NCBI GenBank assembly: GCA_031962025.1
Contig: JAVRKW010000005.1
DNA: 64,000 nucleotides
Source: Pseudothermotoga sp.
GTDB lineage: Bacteria; Thermotogota; Thermotogae; Thermotogales; DSM-5069
Direction: 5' to 3' (one strand)
This document shows positions 53,154 to 62,825 of this stretch, piece after piece; positions within the stretch are counted from its first letter, which is position 1; every line of letters begins with the position of its first letter. A program made the translations under genes and the position numbers. Under the pieces are notes generated by a model that was not told where the DNA came from, did not search any database, and saw only the letters and a list, made by a program, of their open reading frames with translations.

Positions 53154-56100
53154 TTAAAAGACATTCGTATCAAAGGTACCGGTTAAAGGATCAACTGTGA
53201 AGGTCTTTTTTGGGAACTCTTTTATGTAGAATTTGAAAGAAAGTTTCTGCACAGAAAAAGCCCGATCCACAGAAAACTGACCTTCGAAGATGAGACCCCA
53301 GCAATGAAGGTCCTTTTCCAGTGTGAACTTTAAATCACTGATGGCAAATGTTTCGGTGTTCATATTTATGTACAAACCAATGGCAGGATCGAACCCGGAT
53401 AAATTGTACGAAAAACGGAGTCTGGATGATCCTTTGATGTAATAGCCCGAGAACTCGTGTTTTGCCTTACCCGTATAGAAGATACCTTTGGCTTCGACTG
53501 ACAGAAGATCAAACGGATAAGCGTTGAGTTTATAAACAAGCTTTATGTCTGGATTGGTCATGAACAAAAAATCGGTGCCTTTTACTGTGAGGGTATTTGT
53601 GATTATGTCGATTGGCTTTTCCTGATTGTAGAAGTACGTAAACTCCGTCACGTGCCTAAATGTGCTGTATGATAAATCGATGTCAAAATCTGTTTTGTAA
53701 AACTGCTCTTTTTCGATCTGGTATACAGTATTTGTGTAGACTGCAACCCCCATCTGCCACATCTTAAAAGCGGTACTGGTTTTGATAGTCAGATCATCCC
53801 ACGTTGAAGTCAAAAGATCATAGGCTGTAGAAACTTCAAAAAGCGTTGTTGGTACATTCAACTTTGCAAGCAGGTTGATTTTTGATACTTCTGAGCTGTT
53901 GCTGAATGAATATACGTTGTTTGTGATCACCCCGGTTCTCGAATAGCCAGCAGAGAAACTGAGAAAGTCAAATGGCTTGAATGTGAGTTTGTTATTGAAT
54001 AACTGGGCAAATCTATAACCTATTTTTTCGTTGTTAACACCTGTCCAGATACCTGCCATCAGGGAGTTATCAACTGTCCATTCCAGTAAACCGAAATTGG
54101 CTCTCACCGTTTTGAAAGGAAGGTTTGAATCCAGCACAAAATATGTTCTGCTGGTTGGTTGAAAATCTGTCAGTTCGTAGAAACCTGAAAAATCAACCTG
54201 CAGATTTTTGAAAATAGAAGGCATTTTTACAGATAGCGTTGAGCTTAATCTTCCGGTTGTATCAAGCTCGTCAAAATGATCCAAAAGCGAACCCTGATTA
54301 TAACTGACTGTTGAGCGATGGTAGAAAGAATTCACTGTGAGTGTGAAAAGATCAAATGGTAAAGTGATTTTTTTCAAATACACGTATGGCAAAACCCAGG
54401 TCACTTTGTCAAAGTTCTGTGATCTTGAGAACTGAACAGAGAGTTCTTTGATCGGAAAGAGTTGATATTCAAAATAATTGCTGTTATTTTTGAAAAAAGT
54501 TCTGAATTTCATCGATACAGGTTCACTCAAAGATAAAGAACCATCAAATTGATAAACGTTATCCTGTGCTTTAGGCGGTTGACGAACGTAATAACTGGAC
54601 TGAATCTTAAAAATGGACCATTCTCTTTTCAAATCAAACTGCGCATAACTGCCAGGTGTATCGCCAGATTCCTGCCAGCCTATCTTTGCACCAATAGACC
54701 CATCTTTGAAGCTTACGTTGTATGAACTTTCAAAGGAAAAACCATCTGATTTCGAATATCCCAATTTGACAGCAAAAGGCTGTGGACCTTCTTTTAATGA
54801 AACAAAATAAACTGGCAGATAGACAGTTGGAACATTCAGTATGAAGATCACCACGTCATAGGCTGCCAGATATTCATTCTCCTTTACCTCGACCTTCAAA
54901 GCTTGCATTCGATAATGAGGTTGATCCAGTTCGCAAGTTGTCAAATAACCTTTCTGAATCAAAGATTTGTCGTGTTGCCCTTCAAGAACTTCACCGGAAA
55001 AATACACAGTGTGTTTGGTTTTCTCTTCATCTGTGTAAATGGTCTTACCGCGAATGTTTGCCATCATACTGTACTGTTCAGAAAAAACATATGTGAATTG
55101 CTGGCATCTTATCGCTGTATCTTTCTTTGTGTAAGATACAGATTCTTCTGCAATGATCTTTTGTGCGTTCTTAGACTCATTCAGAAAAACTGTGAGTTTT
55201 TGACATTCAACCTTTGAATCTTGAAAAAGCGCCTCGACATTTCCACTGAAAACAACCGATGTTGCATCGTAAGTGACAGAACTCGCGTTAACAGTTAGCT
55301 TTTCTGTGCCCATAACATTTGTGACCATGAATAACAGTAAAATCAAAAAAAGTCTGGAGAGTCTTTCTCTCAACCTGTAACTCAAAGGAGTATCCAGAAG
55401 CAGGAACAGGATAGCTCCGGTTGCCGCAAAAGATATGTCCGGTAACCACGCCGAAAGCACAGGATCGATGAGTCTTTCTTTCCCCATGGCACCAAGCCAT
55501 GCGCCTGAACCCTGGTAAAGAACGATTATCACAAAGGTCAGAATAACCCCCCAGGATTTACTTTTTAGGTTGAACATGAGAGATAAAGGTATGCCGACCA
55601 GAACGATTATCAAAGGTCCCAGTGAAATCGAATAACGGCTGTGCAGTTCCACAATCCATGGTGATGGATCTATACCGAGCTTTTTAAAGGTCGTTATTCT
55701 GTCTCTGAGTTCTTCACTTTTCATGTCCTTTGGTGTTTTACCAAAGCGCATGATCGATTCCAAATCCTGCTTCAGATCCAGTTCCACTTTGTTGAATTTC
55801 ACATCGAACCTGAGCATACCATCCTTATCGACTCTGTAAAGCCTGCCATCGTACATGTACCACTTTTCTTCTTCTCTGACAACTTTCTTGGCTGTGATGA
55901 TCTCTTCTTCGTTGGGTTCATTTCTGAAAAGCACGACATCCTGCAAAATGCCGTTTTGACGGTCGTACTTTTTTACATAGAAATACTGACTTTCATCGAT
56001 TTTGGTGAGAATATTCTCACTGATGAAGACCTCTGGTCTTCTGTAAACGTATTTCGAAAGTGCTTCATTTGCTTTTTGATTATAATCCGGCACTACACGA

Positions 56101-56456
56101 TCGCTCAGCCAGTAAGTCAAAAAACTCAAAAGAATCGAGAGTATCAGAAAGGGAACGATGAGAACTTTTAGAGATATTCCATGAACCTGCAAAGCCATCA
56201 GCTCATGATCCGTTGAAAGTTGTGACAGAACCCAGAATATCGCAAGCAAAACACCAACAGGTATTCCAAGTGCCACAAAGTATGGAAGATAATAGTACAG
56301 AACTCTCAGCAGAACGATAATGCCAACTCTGTGACGGACTATCAGATCAGAGAGTTGATAGAGAACCTCGACGCTGACAAAGATGACAAAACCAGCCAGA
56401 CCTATCAATATTGGACCTGTTGAGAGTTTTAAAATGTACTTAGTCAGTATTGTCAA
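53154..56456 (-). CDS. LptF/LptG permease fused to OstA/LptA-like and LptD-like beta-barrel domains
   Basis: LptF/G-type N-terminal ~360 aa (ELMALQVHGIS, SAWLPD); GNVEA, YLTTCELDQPHY, DLHCW and terminal Phe of LptD-like proteins; likely TTG start 56456. Confidence 0.85.
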   Translation of the reverse strand: MTILTKYILKLSTGPILIGLAGFVIFVSVEVLYQLSDLIVRHRVGIIVLLRVLYYYLPYFVALGIPVGVLLAIFWVLSQLSTDHELMALQVHGISLKVLIVPFLILSILLSFLTYWLSDRVVPDYNQKANEALSKYVYRRPEVFISENILTKIDESQYFYVKKYDRQNGILQDVVLFRNEPNEEEIITAKKVVREEEKWYMYDGRLYRVDKDGMLRFDVKFNKVELDLKQDLESIMRFGKTPKDMKSEELRDRITTFKKLGIDPSPWIVELHSRYSISLGPLIIVLVGIPLSLMFNLKSKSWGVILTFVIIVLYQGSGAWLGAMGKERLIDPVLSAWLPDISFAATGAILFLLLDTPLSYRLRERLSRLFLILLLFMVTNVMGTEKLTVNASSVTYDATSVVFSGNVEALFQDSKVECQKLTVFLNESKNAQKIIAEESVSYTKKDTAIRCQQFTYVFSEQYSMMANIRGKTIYTDEEKTKHTVYFSGEVLEGQHDKSLIQKGYLTTCELDQPHYRMQALKVEVKENEYLAAYDVVIFILNVPTVYLPVYFVSLKEGPQPFAVKLGYSKSDGFSFESSYNVSFKDGSIGAKIGWQESGDTPGSYAQFDLKREWSIFKIQSSYYVRQPPKAQDNVYQFDGSLSLSEPVSMKFRTFFKNNSNYFEYQLFPIKELSVQFSRSQNFDKVTWVLPYVYLKKITLPFDLFTLTVNSFYHRSTVSYNQGSLLDHFDELDTTGRLSSTLSVKMPSIFKNLQVDFSGFYELTDFQPTSRTYFVLDSNLPFKTVRANFGLLEWTVDNSLMAGIWTGVNNEKIGYRFAQLFNNKLTFKPFDFLSFSAGYSRTGVITNNVYSFSNSSEVSKINLLAKLNVPTTLFEVSTAYDLLTSTWDDLTIKTSTAFKMWQMGVAVYTNTVYQIEKEQFYKTDFDIDLSYSTFRHVTEFTYFYNQEKPIDIITNTLTVKGTDFLFMTNPDIKLVYKLNAYPFDLLSVEAKGIFYTGKAKHEFSGYYIKGSSRLRFSYNLSGFDPAIGLYINMNTETFAISDLKFTLEKDLHCWGLIFEGQFSVDRAFSVQKLSFKFYIKEFPKKTFTVDPLTGTFDTNVF

Positions 56457-57147
56457 ACAGAACACCTTCACTTTGCCTGAACAGTTTCATTTCATCTCTA
56501 AAACACTTGTAAGACTCAGAAGTCACCACGTAAAGAACCGTTTCGACTATGTTTGTTGAAAGATCTGCAATCTCTTCTATTTTTTGAGCAAGTTCGAGTA
56601 TCAAAACATCACGATCGATGTTCTTCTGGTCTTGCTTTGTAAAATTCAAAAGTTCATTCCTGAGTTCCATATAAAGCTCATCTATCTCGGCGTCCTTTGA
56701 GCAGATTTCAAAAGCCCCTTCTGTTTGAAGATCTGCAAGCAATCTGAGACTTTCCTTCAACATCCATGATGTCAATCTGCCAAGCTTGAGAAGACCCGGA
56801 ATGAAGGTAATCTGCTGTTCTCTGAGAATAGTTATGGTTATCTGAGAAATTCTTCTGGCGTTGTCCCCTATTCTTTCAAAGATATTTGCAAGCTGTATGC
56901 TGCTGACGATGAACCGCAACTGAGCACCGGTGAGATTGTGAATACCAAGCATTGCAGCAGCTTCTTCTCTCAGTTCTATTTCCATCTGATCCAGGATATT
57001 ATCGTCTTCTATCACCTGCTTTGCCAGCTTTATGTCCCTATTTTCAATAGCTTCAAGTGAACGCAAGAACATCTTTTCCATATACCATCCCATTTTCATT
57101 AACGCTTTCTTGAACATCTCACTTTTCTCATCGATTATCCATTTCAT
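56440..57147 (-). CDS. phoU: Phosphate uptake regulator PhoU
   Basis: ERIGD, DAEIDELY, EEIADLSTNIVE; ATG 57147 after GAGGTG. Confidence 0.88.
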   Translation of the reverse strand: MKWIIDEKSEMFKKALMKMGWYMEKMFLRSLEAIENRDIKLAKQVIEDDNILDQMEIELREEAAAMLGIHNLTGAQLRFIVSSIQLANIFERIGDNARRISQITITILREQQITFIPGLLKLGRLTSWMLKESLRLLADLQTEGAFEICSKDAEIDELYMELRNELLNFTKQDQKNIDRDVLILELAQKIEEIADLSTNIVETVLYVVTSESYKCFRDEMKLFRQSEGVLFDNTD

Positions 57148-57922
57148 TTTGAACACCTCTTCCATAACCTACCTTTTCTTTAAGCACGGTGAAAAAATCA
57201 TAATAGTCGGGTCTCAAAAGCGTGAAATACCTTTCGGATTTTGTTATCTCTATCTGTGTTGTTTTACCGACCGCAACACCATCAACCAAGACCTCAGACT
57301 CATTTGAAGTGCGAATGACAGTTTTTCGCTGGCTCTGTAAAATTATGCTTCTGTTTTGCAAATAATAAGGCGCAATGGGCAAAATTTGAATAACATCACA
57401 ACTTGGGACAACGATTGCTCCGCCAAGAGAAAGGTTGTACGCCGTTGAACCAGTTGGAGTTGAAACTAAAATCCCATCTGCAAAGAAAGAAAGAACAGAG
57501 CAACCATCAAAGAAAATGTCAAACTCACTCATCTGACCAGATGGTGTATGAAATACGATGTCATTAACAGCATGAAATTGTACGTCTTGTATCTGGGTTT
57601 TCAGCATCCATCTTTTTTCTTCGATCAGCTTACCTTTGTGCAGATCATCTAAGAATCGATCCACTTCTTCGAGTCTGTAATATGCTAAAAATCCAACCCT
57701 TCCTGCCTTGAATCCCACGATGGGAATATTCAAAAGTTTCACGGCTTTTAAAACCGTACCATCTCCACCGATGATGATTGCAAAATCACATTCCTGACTG
57801 ACTTTCTCGTTCTTCGCCTCGCATATTTGCTTAACTTCAATATGTGCACTGATTTTTTCGGCAAGTAACTGTGCTTCTCTTGCTTTATCACTTCTGAAGA
57901 TTATCGCGGCTGAGTAATTCAA
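57128..57922 (-). CDS. nadK: NAD(+) kinase
   Basis: GGDGT, AVND, DGILVSTPTGSTAYNLSLGG. Confidence 0.94.
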   Translation of the reverse strand: MNYSAAIIFRSDKAREAQLLAEKISAHIEVKQICEAKNEKVSQECDFAIIIGGDGTVLKAVKLLNIPIVGFKAGRVGFLAYYRLEEVDRFLDDLHKGKLIEEKRWMLKTQIQDVQFHAVNDIVFHTPSGQMSEFDIFFDGCSVLSFFADGILVSTPTGSTAYNLSLGGAIVVPSCDVIQILPIAPYYLQNRSIILQSQRKTVIRTSNESEVLVDGVAVGKTTQIEITKSERYFTLLRPDYYDFFTVLKEKVGYGRGVQNEMDNR

Positions 57923-58224
57923 CGCAACACCACCGCCAGATCAATCAAGGTCCGTACTACAAAAACATCCAGAAAAGTCAAGATCAATATTGCTATCATT
58001 GGAGTGATATCCACCGGTCCAATAGGAGGTATAATCCGTCTGAGTGGTCTGAGCACGATCGCAGATACACCATCCACAAACTGCCTGAATGGATAGTAAT
58101 GATAAGGCGTTATCCAGCTTAGAATAGCTGAGATAACAACGCAGGTCAATTCAAAATATATAAAAACCTGTAAGACCTTGGCAATAGCCATGAATAAATT
58201 TGAAAGGACAAACACAGTACTCAC
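57919..58224 (-). CDS. YggT family membrane protein
   Basis: AILSWI, LRPLRRIIPPIGPVDITP. Confidence 0.9.
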   Translation of the reverse strand: MSTVFVLSNLFMAIAKVLQVFIYFELTCVVISAILSWITPYHYYPFRQFVDGVSAIVLRPLRRIIPPIGPVDITPMIAILILTFLDVFVVRTLIDLAVVLR

Positions 58225-58892
58225 TCTCCTTTGAAAAGCGCTCTACCAATTCTCACCATTGTTGCGCCTTCTTCTATGGCAATCTCAAAATCATTCGTCA
58301 TACCCATTGACAGATGTTCCAGTTCAGGATAGTGCTTACGATAAAGATCCCTGAGCTTTCTCAATTCTCTGAAAATAGACCGGATCTGTTCAAAATCGTC
58401 TGTGAATGGAGCCATAGTCATGAGCCCCACCATCTGAACATTTTTGAGCCGAGAACCGAATTCAAGTATTTGTTCCAATTGAGACTGATCAATACCAGAT
58501 TTTGTCTGCTCATGAGAGATATTCACTTCGATGAGAACTTTTTGGATCTTTTTGCACCTACTCGCTATTTTATCTATTTGTATGAGTTCTTCTGTTCTGC
58601 AAACTGAGTGGATGTATTCACAGATAGGTACTATGTATTTGATTTTATTGGTCTGTATTCTTCCGATAAAATGCCAGTTAATGTTCTTGATTATCCCAGA
58701 TTTTTCAACCAGTTGTTGTGCGTAATTTTCTGCCAGATCTTGAACGCCAAGCTCAACTATCTGTTTAACTTCTTCTATATCAGCCTGTTTTGTCACCGCA
58801 ATCAACTTCACCGATTCAGGGTCTCTCCCGACACGTTTTGCAGCATTCTCAATTTTGGCTTTTACGTTCCTGAGATTCTGCGAGAGATCCAT
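58221..58892 (-). CDS. yggS: PLP homeostasis protein (YggS)
   Basis: LIAVTK, WHFIGRIQTNK, GLMTM, LSMGMTND, GATMVRIG. Confidence 0.95.
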   Translation of the reverse strand: MDLSQNLRNVKAKIENAAKRVGRDPESVKLIAVTKQADIEEVKQIVELGVQDLAENYAQQLVEKSGIIKNINWHFIGRIQTNKIKYIVPICEYIHSVCRTEELIQIDKIASRCKKIQKVLIEVNISHEQTKSGIDQSQLEQILEFGSRLKNVQMVGLMTMAPFTDDFEQIRSIFRELRKLRDLYRKHYPELEHLSMGMTNDFEIAIEEGATMVRIGRALFKGE

Positions 58893-59874
58893 CGAACAAA
58901 CCTCCTTTTATCCTTGGTGAGTATCCAAGATGCGAATATGCAAAATCCGTCGCAACTCTTCCCCTTGAAGTGCGAATTATCAGACCTTTCTGCAGAAGAT
59001 ATGGTTCATGGACCTCTCTCAATGTATCGGTTTCAAGGTTCAAAGTGGCAGCAAGTGATTCCAAACCAACAGGACCACCATCGTAAACCTCAATTATGGT
59101 TCTCAGTATCCTTCTGTCGATCTCATCCAGTCCAAGCTCATCGATTTCGAGAATATCCATGGTCTTTTCCACCAGACCAACGTCAATACTGGTTTTTCCT
59201 TTCACTGTAGCCACATCCCGTGTTCTTCTGAGCAATCTCAGAGCAACTCTTGGAGTACATCTCGATCGCTCGGCGATCAATCTTGCTGCAGATTCTTCTA
59301 TTTGGATACCAAGGATATTGCAAGCTCTCTTGATTATTTGAACCAGTTCATCAACATCATAGAACTGCAATTCAAGGGTCATGCCAAAACGGCTCCGCAG
59401 TGGAGAACTCAACAATCCACTTCTGGTTGTAGCTCCAATAAGTGTGAATGGTCTAAGACCAATGCGGATCGAACGGGCTGTTGGACCTTTACCTATCATT
59501 ATGTCCACCTTGTAATCTTCGAGCGCCGAGTAGAAAATCTCTTCGACTGCCTTGTTGATTCTGTGAATCTCATCTATGAACAAAACATCGCCGTCGTTCA
59601 AGCTTGAAAGTATTGCCGCAATATCACCCTGTTTTTCCAGTACTGGTCCGCTCGTAACGTATATATTCGTTCCCATTTCTTTTGCAACCACAAAGGCAAG
59701 GGTCGTTTTGCCAAGACCAGGTGGACCTGCAAAAAGAATATGATCGAGCGGCTCATTTCTCATCTTGGCAGCCTGAATGGCTATCTTGAGTTTTCGCTTT
59801 ACCTCAGTCTGTCCTATGTAATCATCCAAGGACTGTGGTCTTAGAGAAGAAAGAATATCCCCATTCGTGCTCAC
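58849..59874 (-). CDS. ruvB: Holliday junction branch migration helicase RuvB
   Basis: LRPQSLDDYIGQ, GPPGLGKTT, IDEIHR; GTG start 59874 after AAAGGAG. Confidence 0.97.
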   Translation of the reverse strand: MSTNGDILSSLRPQSLDDYIGQTEVKRKLKIAIQAAKMRNEPLDHILFAGPPGLGKTTLAFVVAKEMGTNIYVTSGPVLEKQGDIAAILSSLNDGDVLFIDEIHRINKAVEEIFYSALEDYKVDIMIGKGPTARSIRIGLRPFTLIGATTRSGLLSSPLRSRFGMTLELQFYDVDELVQIIKRACNILGIQIEESAARLIAERSRCTPRVALRLLRRTRDVATVKGKTSIDVGLVEKTMDILEIDELGLDEIDRRILRTIIEVYDGGPVGLESLAATLNLETDTLREVHEPYLLQKGLIIRTSRGRVATDFAYSHLGYSPRIKGGLFDGSLAESQERKSQN

Positions 59875-59887
59875 CGTTTTGCTCCTT

Positions 59888-61186
59888 TCATGGATAAATC
59901 CTATATAGAGTTCTGGCAAATGGTATAGCCTCTCTTATGTGCTCAAGTCCGCAAATCCATGCAACTGTTCTTTCAATTCCAAGACCAAAACCACTGTGAG
60001 GAACGCTTCCCCATCTTCTCAAATCCAAGTACCACTGGTATTTTTCCTTGGGCAAATTGAATTCTTCAAGTCTTTCCAGCAACAGTTGATAATCATGTAT
60101 CCTTTGCGAACCACCTATGATTTCTCCATAACCTTCGGGTGCTAACAGATCGGCACATCGAACGACTTCTGGTCGTTCTGGATCTGGCTGCATGTAAAAA
60201 GCCTTGACCTTTCGTGGATAGTGCGTGACAAAAACCGGTTTTTCGAAATTCGAAGCTATAATAGTTTCTTCATCGCCGCCGAAATCATCACCCCACTGGA
60301 TATTCAAGCCATTTTTCTGTAACAACTTGATCGCTTCGTCGTAAGTGATTCTTTCAAAAGGTGGCTCTACTTTTTCGAGTTTTGTTATATCTCTATTCAG
60401 AGCTATCAAATGGTCTTTTGCATGTTCAAGGACATACTTCACTATGTAAGAAACAAGTTCTTCTTGCAGTTTCAGGTTGTCTTCATGTTCATAATATGCA
60501 ACTTCGGCTTCGTGCATCCAGAATTCTATTAGATGCCGCCGTGTTTTTGATTTCTCAGCCCTGAAAGTTGGTCCAAGGTTATAGACTTTACCAAAAGCCA
60601 TACAGGCAGCCTCAAGATAAAGCTGTCCTGTCTGAGTCAGATAAACCTTCCCGTAATCAAAATAATCGAGTTCGAACAAATTGCCGGCTGTTTCACCAAT
60701 AGATCCGGTGAAAATTGGTGTGTCGATCAAAGTGAAATTTCTGGCTTTATAAAACTGTCTTATAGCTGTTAAAATGGCATCTCTTACCTTTAGGATGTGA
60801 AACTGCCTTCTTGATCTCAACCACAAATGTCTGTAAGACATCAGAAAATCTATACCGTGGTCTTTCTTTGATATTGGATATGGTTCTTCTGGTATCTGAA
60901 CTGGCACCACTTCAGATGCATGGATCTCAACTTTGTAAGGTGATCTATTGTCTTCGATCACTTTGCCCCTGATGATAACACTCGACTCGATTCTCAATTT
61001 AGAAGCTTTTTCAAAGATTTCTGGATCTGTTGAAGAACTTTCAACTACAACCTGAACAAAACCGGTGCCATCTCTGAATTGAATGAAATGAATCTTCCCG
61101 CTGGATCGCATGTTCCACACCCAGCCACGCAGTTCAACCTCTTCACCTATGTGGTTCTTCAGCTCTTCAACATAGAGCCATCTCAC
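59888..61186 (-). CDS. asnS: Asparagine--tRNA ligase
   Basis: FRAEKSKTRRHLIEFW, GEIIGGSQR, GFGLGIER; GTG start 61186 after AGGAGGGA. Confidence 0.93.
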   Translation of the reverse strand: MRWLYVEELKNHIGEEVELRGWVWNMRSSGKIHFIQFRDGTGFVQVVVESSSTDPEIFEKASKLRIESSVIIRGKVIEDNRSPYKVEIHASEVVPVQIPEEPYPISKKDHGIDFLMSYRHLWLRSRRQFHILKVRDAILTAIRQFYKARNFTLIDTPIFTGSIGETAGNLFELDYFDYGKVYLTQTGQLYLEAACMAFGKVYNLGPTFRAEKSKTRRHLIEFWMHEAEVAYYEHEDNLKLQEELVSYIVKYVLEHAKDHLIALNRDITKLEKVEPPFERITYDEAIKLLQKNGLNIQWGDDFGGDEETIIASNFEKPVFVTHYPRKVKAFYMQPDPERPEVVRCADLLAPEGYGEIIGGSQRIHDYQLLLERLEEFNLPKEKYQWYLDLRRWGSVPHSGFGLGIERTVAWICGLEHIREAIPFARTLYRIYP

Positions 61187-61238
61187 GACAGATCCCTCCT
61201 CACCGCTTTCCTTTTTATAATAACACTTCACATGTCAC

Positions 61239-61266
61239 TTGAACATTGTGGACATCATGGTATAAT
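61239..61266 (+). promoter_or_regulatory. sigmaA promoter of tRNA-Cys
   Basis: TTGAAC-16nt-TATAAT with TG extension, 10 nt upstream of the tRNA. Confidence 0.7.
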
Positions 61267-61276
61267 ACAATTGCAA

Positions 61277-61352
61277 GGCGACGTAGCCAAGCGGTTAAGG
61301 CGGGGGTCTGCAAAATCCCTATGCGTGGGTTCGAATCCCACCGTCGCCTCCA
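61277..61352 (+). tRNA. tRNA-Cys (GCA)
   Basis: Acceptor stem GGCGACG/CGTCGCC, anticodon loop CTGCAAA, GGTTCGAATCC, U73 discriminator, encoded CCA. Confidence 0.97.
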
Positions 61353-61353
61353 G

Positions 61354-61376
61354 GGGGAAGTACTTCCCCTTTTTTC
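61354..61376 (+). terminator. Intrinsic terminator after tRNA-Cys
   Basis: GGGGAAGTACTTCCCC followed by T-run. Confidence 0.85.
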
Positions 61377-61430
61377 TTTCCCACTTGACTATTCATCCAA
61401 CAGTTGCATAATCATCTTAGAGGTGATTTT

Positions 61431-62825
61431 ATGGATATCAGGCGCCTCGATCGCTTTATTTTTCAGATAAAAGGGTTCAACGTTGACGCGACTGTTTATA
61501 CAGATGATCAGACGATTAATGATCCAGAATTCAGGGAAGCCTTACAACAGATAGTGAATGTAACATACATGCCCGGCATAATTGCCGCAATTGCTATGCC
61601 AGACATTCACTGGGGTTATGGTTTTCCAATAGGAGGAGTTGGAGTTTTTTCAGCTGAAGATGGAGTTATCTCACCTGGTGGTATAGGATTTGACATAAAC
61701 TGCGGTGTGAGACTTTTGCTGACTTCTGCGAGTGAGAACGAAGTCAGACCAGTTATAAACAAATTGCTTGAACAGATTTACAAAACTGTTCCGGTGGGTG
61801 TGGGAGCAAGTGGAGCTATCAAAGTGGACGAGAAAACACTGCGGCAGATTTGTGTACAGGGTGCTCACTGGGCTGTAGAAAAGGGGTTTGGAACCAAACA
61901 GGACCTGAACAGGATTGAAGATTCAGGAAGGTTAAGCCCGGCTGATCCAAACTGTGTATCAAAAAAGGCTTTTGAAAGAGGACTTGACGAGCTAAGCACA
62001 CTCGGTGCGGGTAATCATTTCATAGAGATACAAAAGGTCGATCGAATTTTCAACCAAGATTTTGCGCAGAAATTTGGAATTTTCAAAGATCAGATTGCGA
62101 TCTGTATACACTGTGGTAGTCGTGGATTTGGACACCAGATTGCCACAGATTACATTCAAATCATGCGTGATAAACTATCTGATCACAACAAAAATCTACC
62201 CGATAAGCAGTTGATAAACGCCCCATTCAACCATACAATCGGACAGCAGTACTTTAACGCGATGAACTGTGCAGCAAATTACGCCTTTGCCAACAGGCAG
62301 ATGATATCTGAAATGATAAAAAGAAGCTTTGAAAAGGTTTTGCCAGAACATGACATCTGGCTTCTGTACGATGTGGCGCACAATATAGCAAAACTCGAAA
62401 ATTATGGACGAAAGGTTATAGTTCATCGTAAAGGAGCCACAAGATCCCTTGGTCCTGGAAATACTTTACTGCCTGAAGAATTTGTGAAAGTGGGACAGCC
62501 TGTTTTGATACCCGGAAGTATGGGAAGCGCATCTTATGTTCTTGTTGGAACTGAAAGAGCAGAGCAGATTTCGTTTGCAAGTACAGCCCACGGTGCCGGA
62601 AGAGTCCTTGGCAGAAGGGCGGCACTGAGAAATCTGAGTTATGAACAGGTTTTAAAGCAACTTGCTCAGAAGGGCATACTGACTCTGAGCAAAGAGAAAA
62701 AGACATTGATCGAAGAAGCTCCTGAAACTTACAAAGATGTGGAGAGAGTTGTTGAGATCGTGGATCAGGTTGGCATATCGAAAAAAGTTGCACGTTTAAT
62801 ACCACTGGGTGTGGTAAAGGGATGA
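61431..62825 (+). CDS. rtcB: RtcB family RNA ligase
   Basis: MPDIHWGYGFPIG, FDINCG, GAGNHFIE, HRKGAT, HGAGR; ATG 61431 after GAGGTGA. Confidence 0.95.
   Translation: MDIRRLDRFIFQIKGFNVDATVYTDDQTINDPEFREALQQIVNVTYMPGIIAAIAMPDIHWGYGFPIGGVGVFSAEDGVISPGGIGFDINCGVRLLLTSASENEVRPVINKLLEQIYKTVPVGVGASGAIKVDEKTLRQICVQGAHWAVEKGFGTKQDLNRIEDSGRLSPADPNCVSKKAFERGLDELSTLGAGNHFIEIQKVDRIFNQDFAQKFGIFKDQIAICIHCGSRGFGHQIATDYIQIMRDKLSDHNKNLPDKQLINAPFNHTIGQQYFNAMNCAANYAFANRQMISEMIKRSFEKVLPEHDIWLLYDVAHNIAKLENYGRKVIVHRKGATRSLGPGNTLLPEEFVKVGQPVLIPGSMGSASYVLVGTERAEQISFASTAHGAGRVLGRRAALRNLSYEQVLKQLAQKGILTLSKEKKTLIEEAPETYKDVERVVEIVDQVGISKKVARLIPLGVVKG

Noticed and set aside
61277..61430. tRNA-Cys as an integration site
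   Set aside because: No integrase and no duplicated tRNA 3' end noticed in the window
61246..61470. 74-aa ORF across tRNA-Cys (also 61079-61411)
   Set aside because: Explained by the tRNA, its terminator and the rtcB promoter
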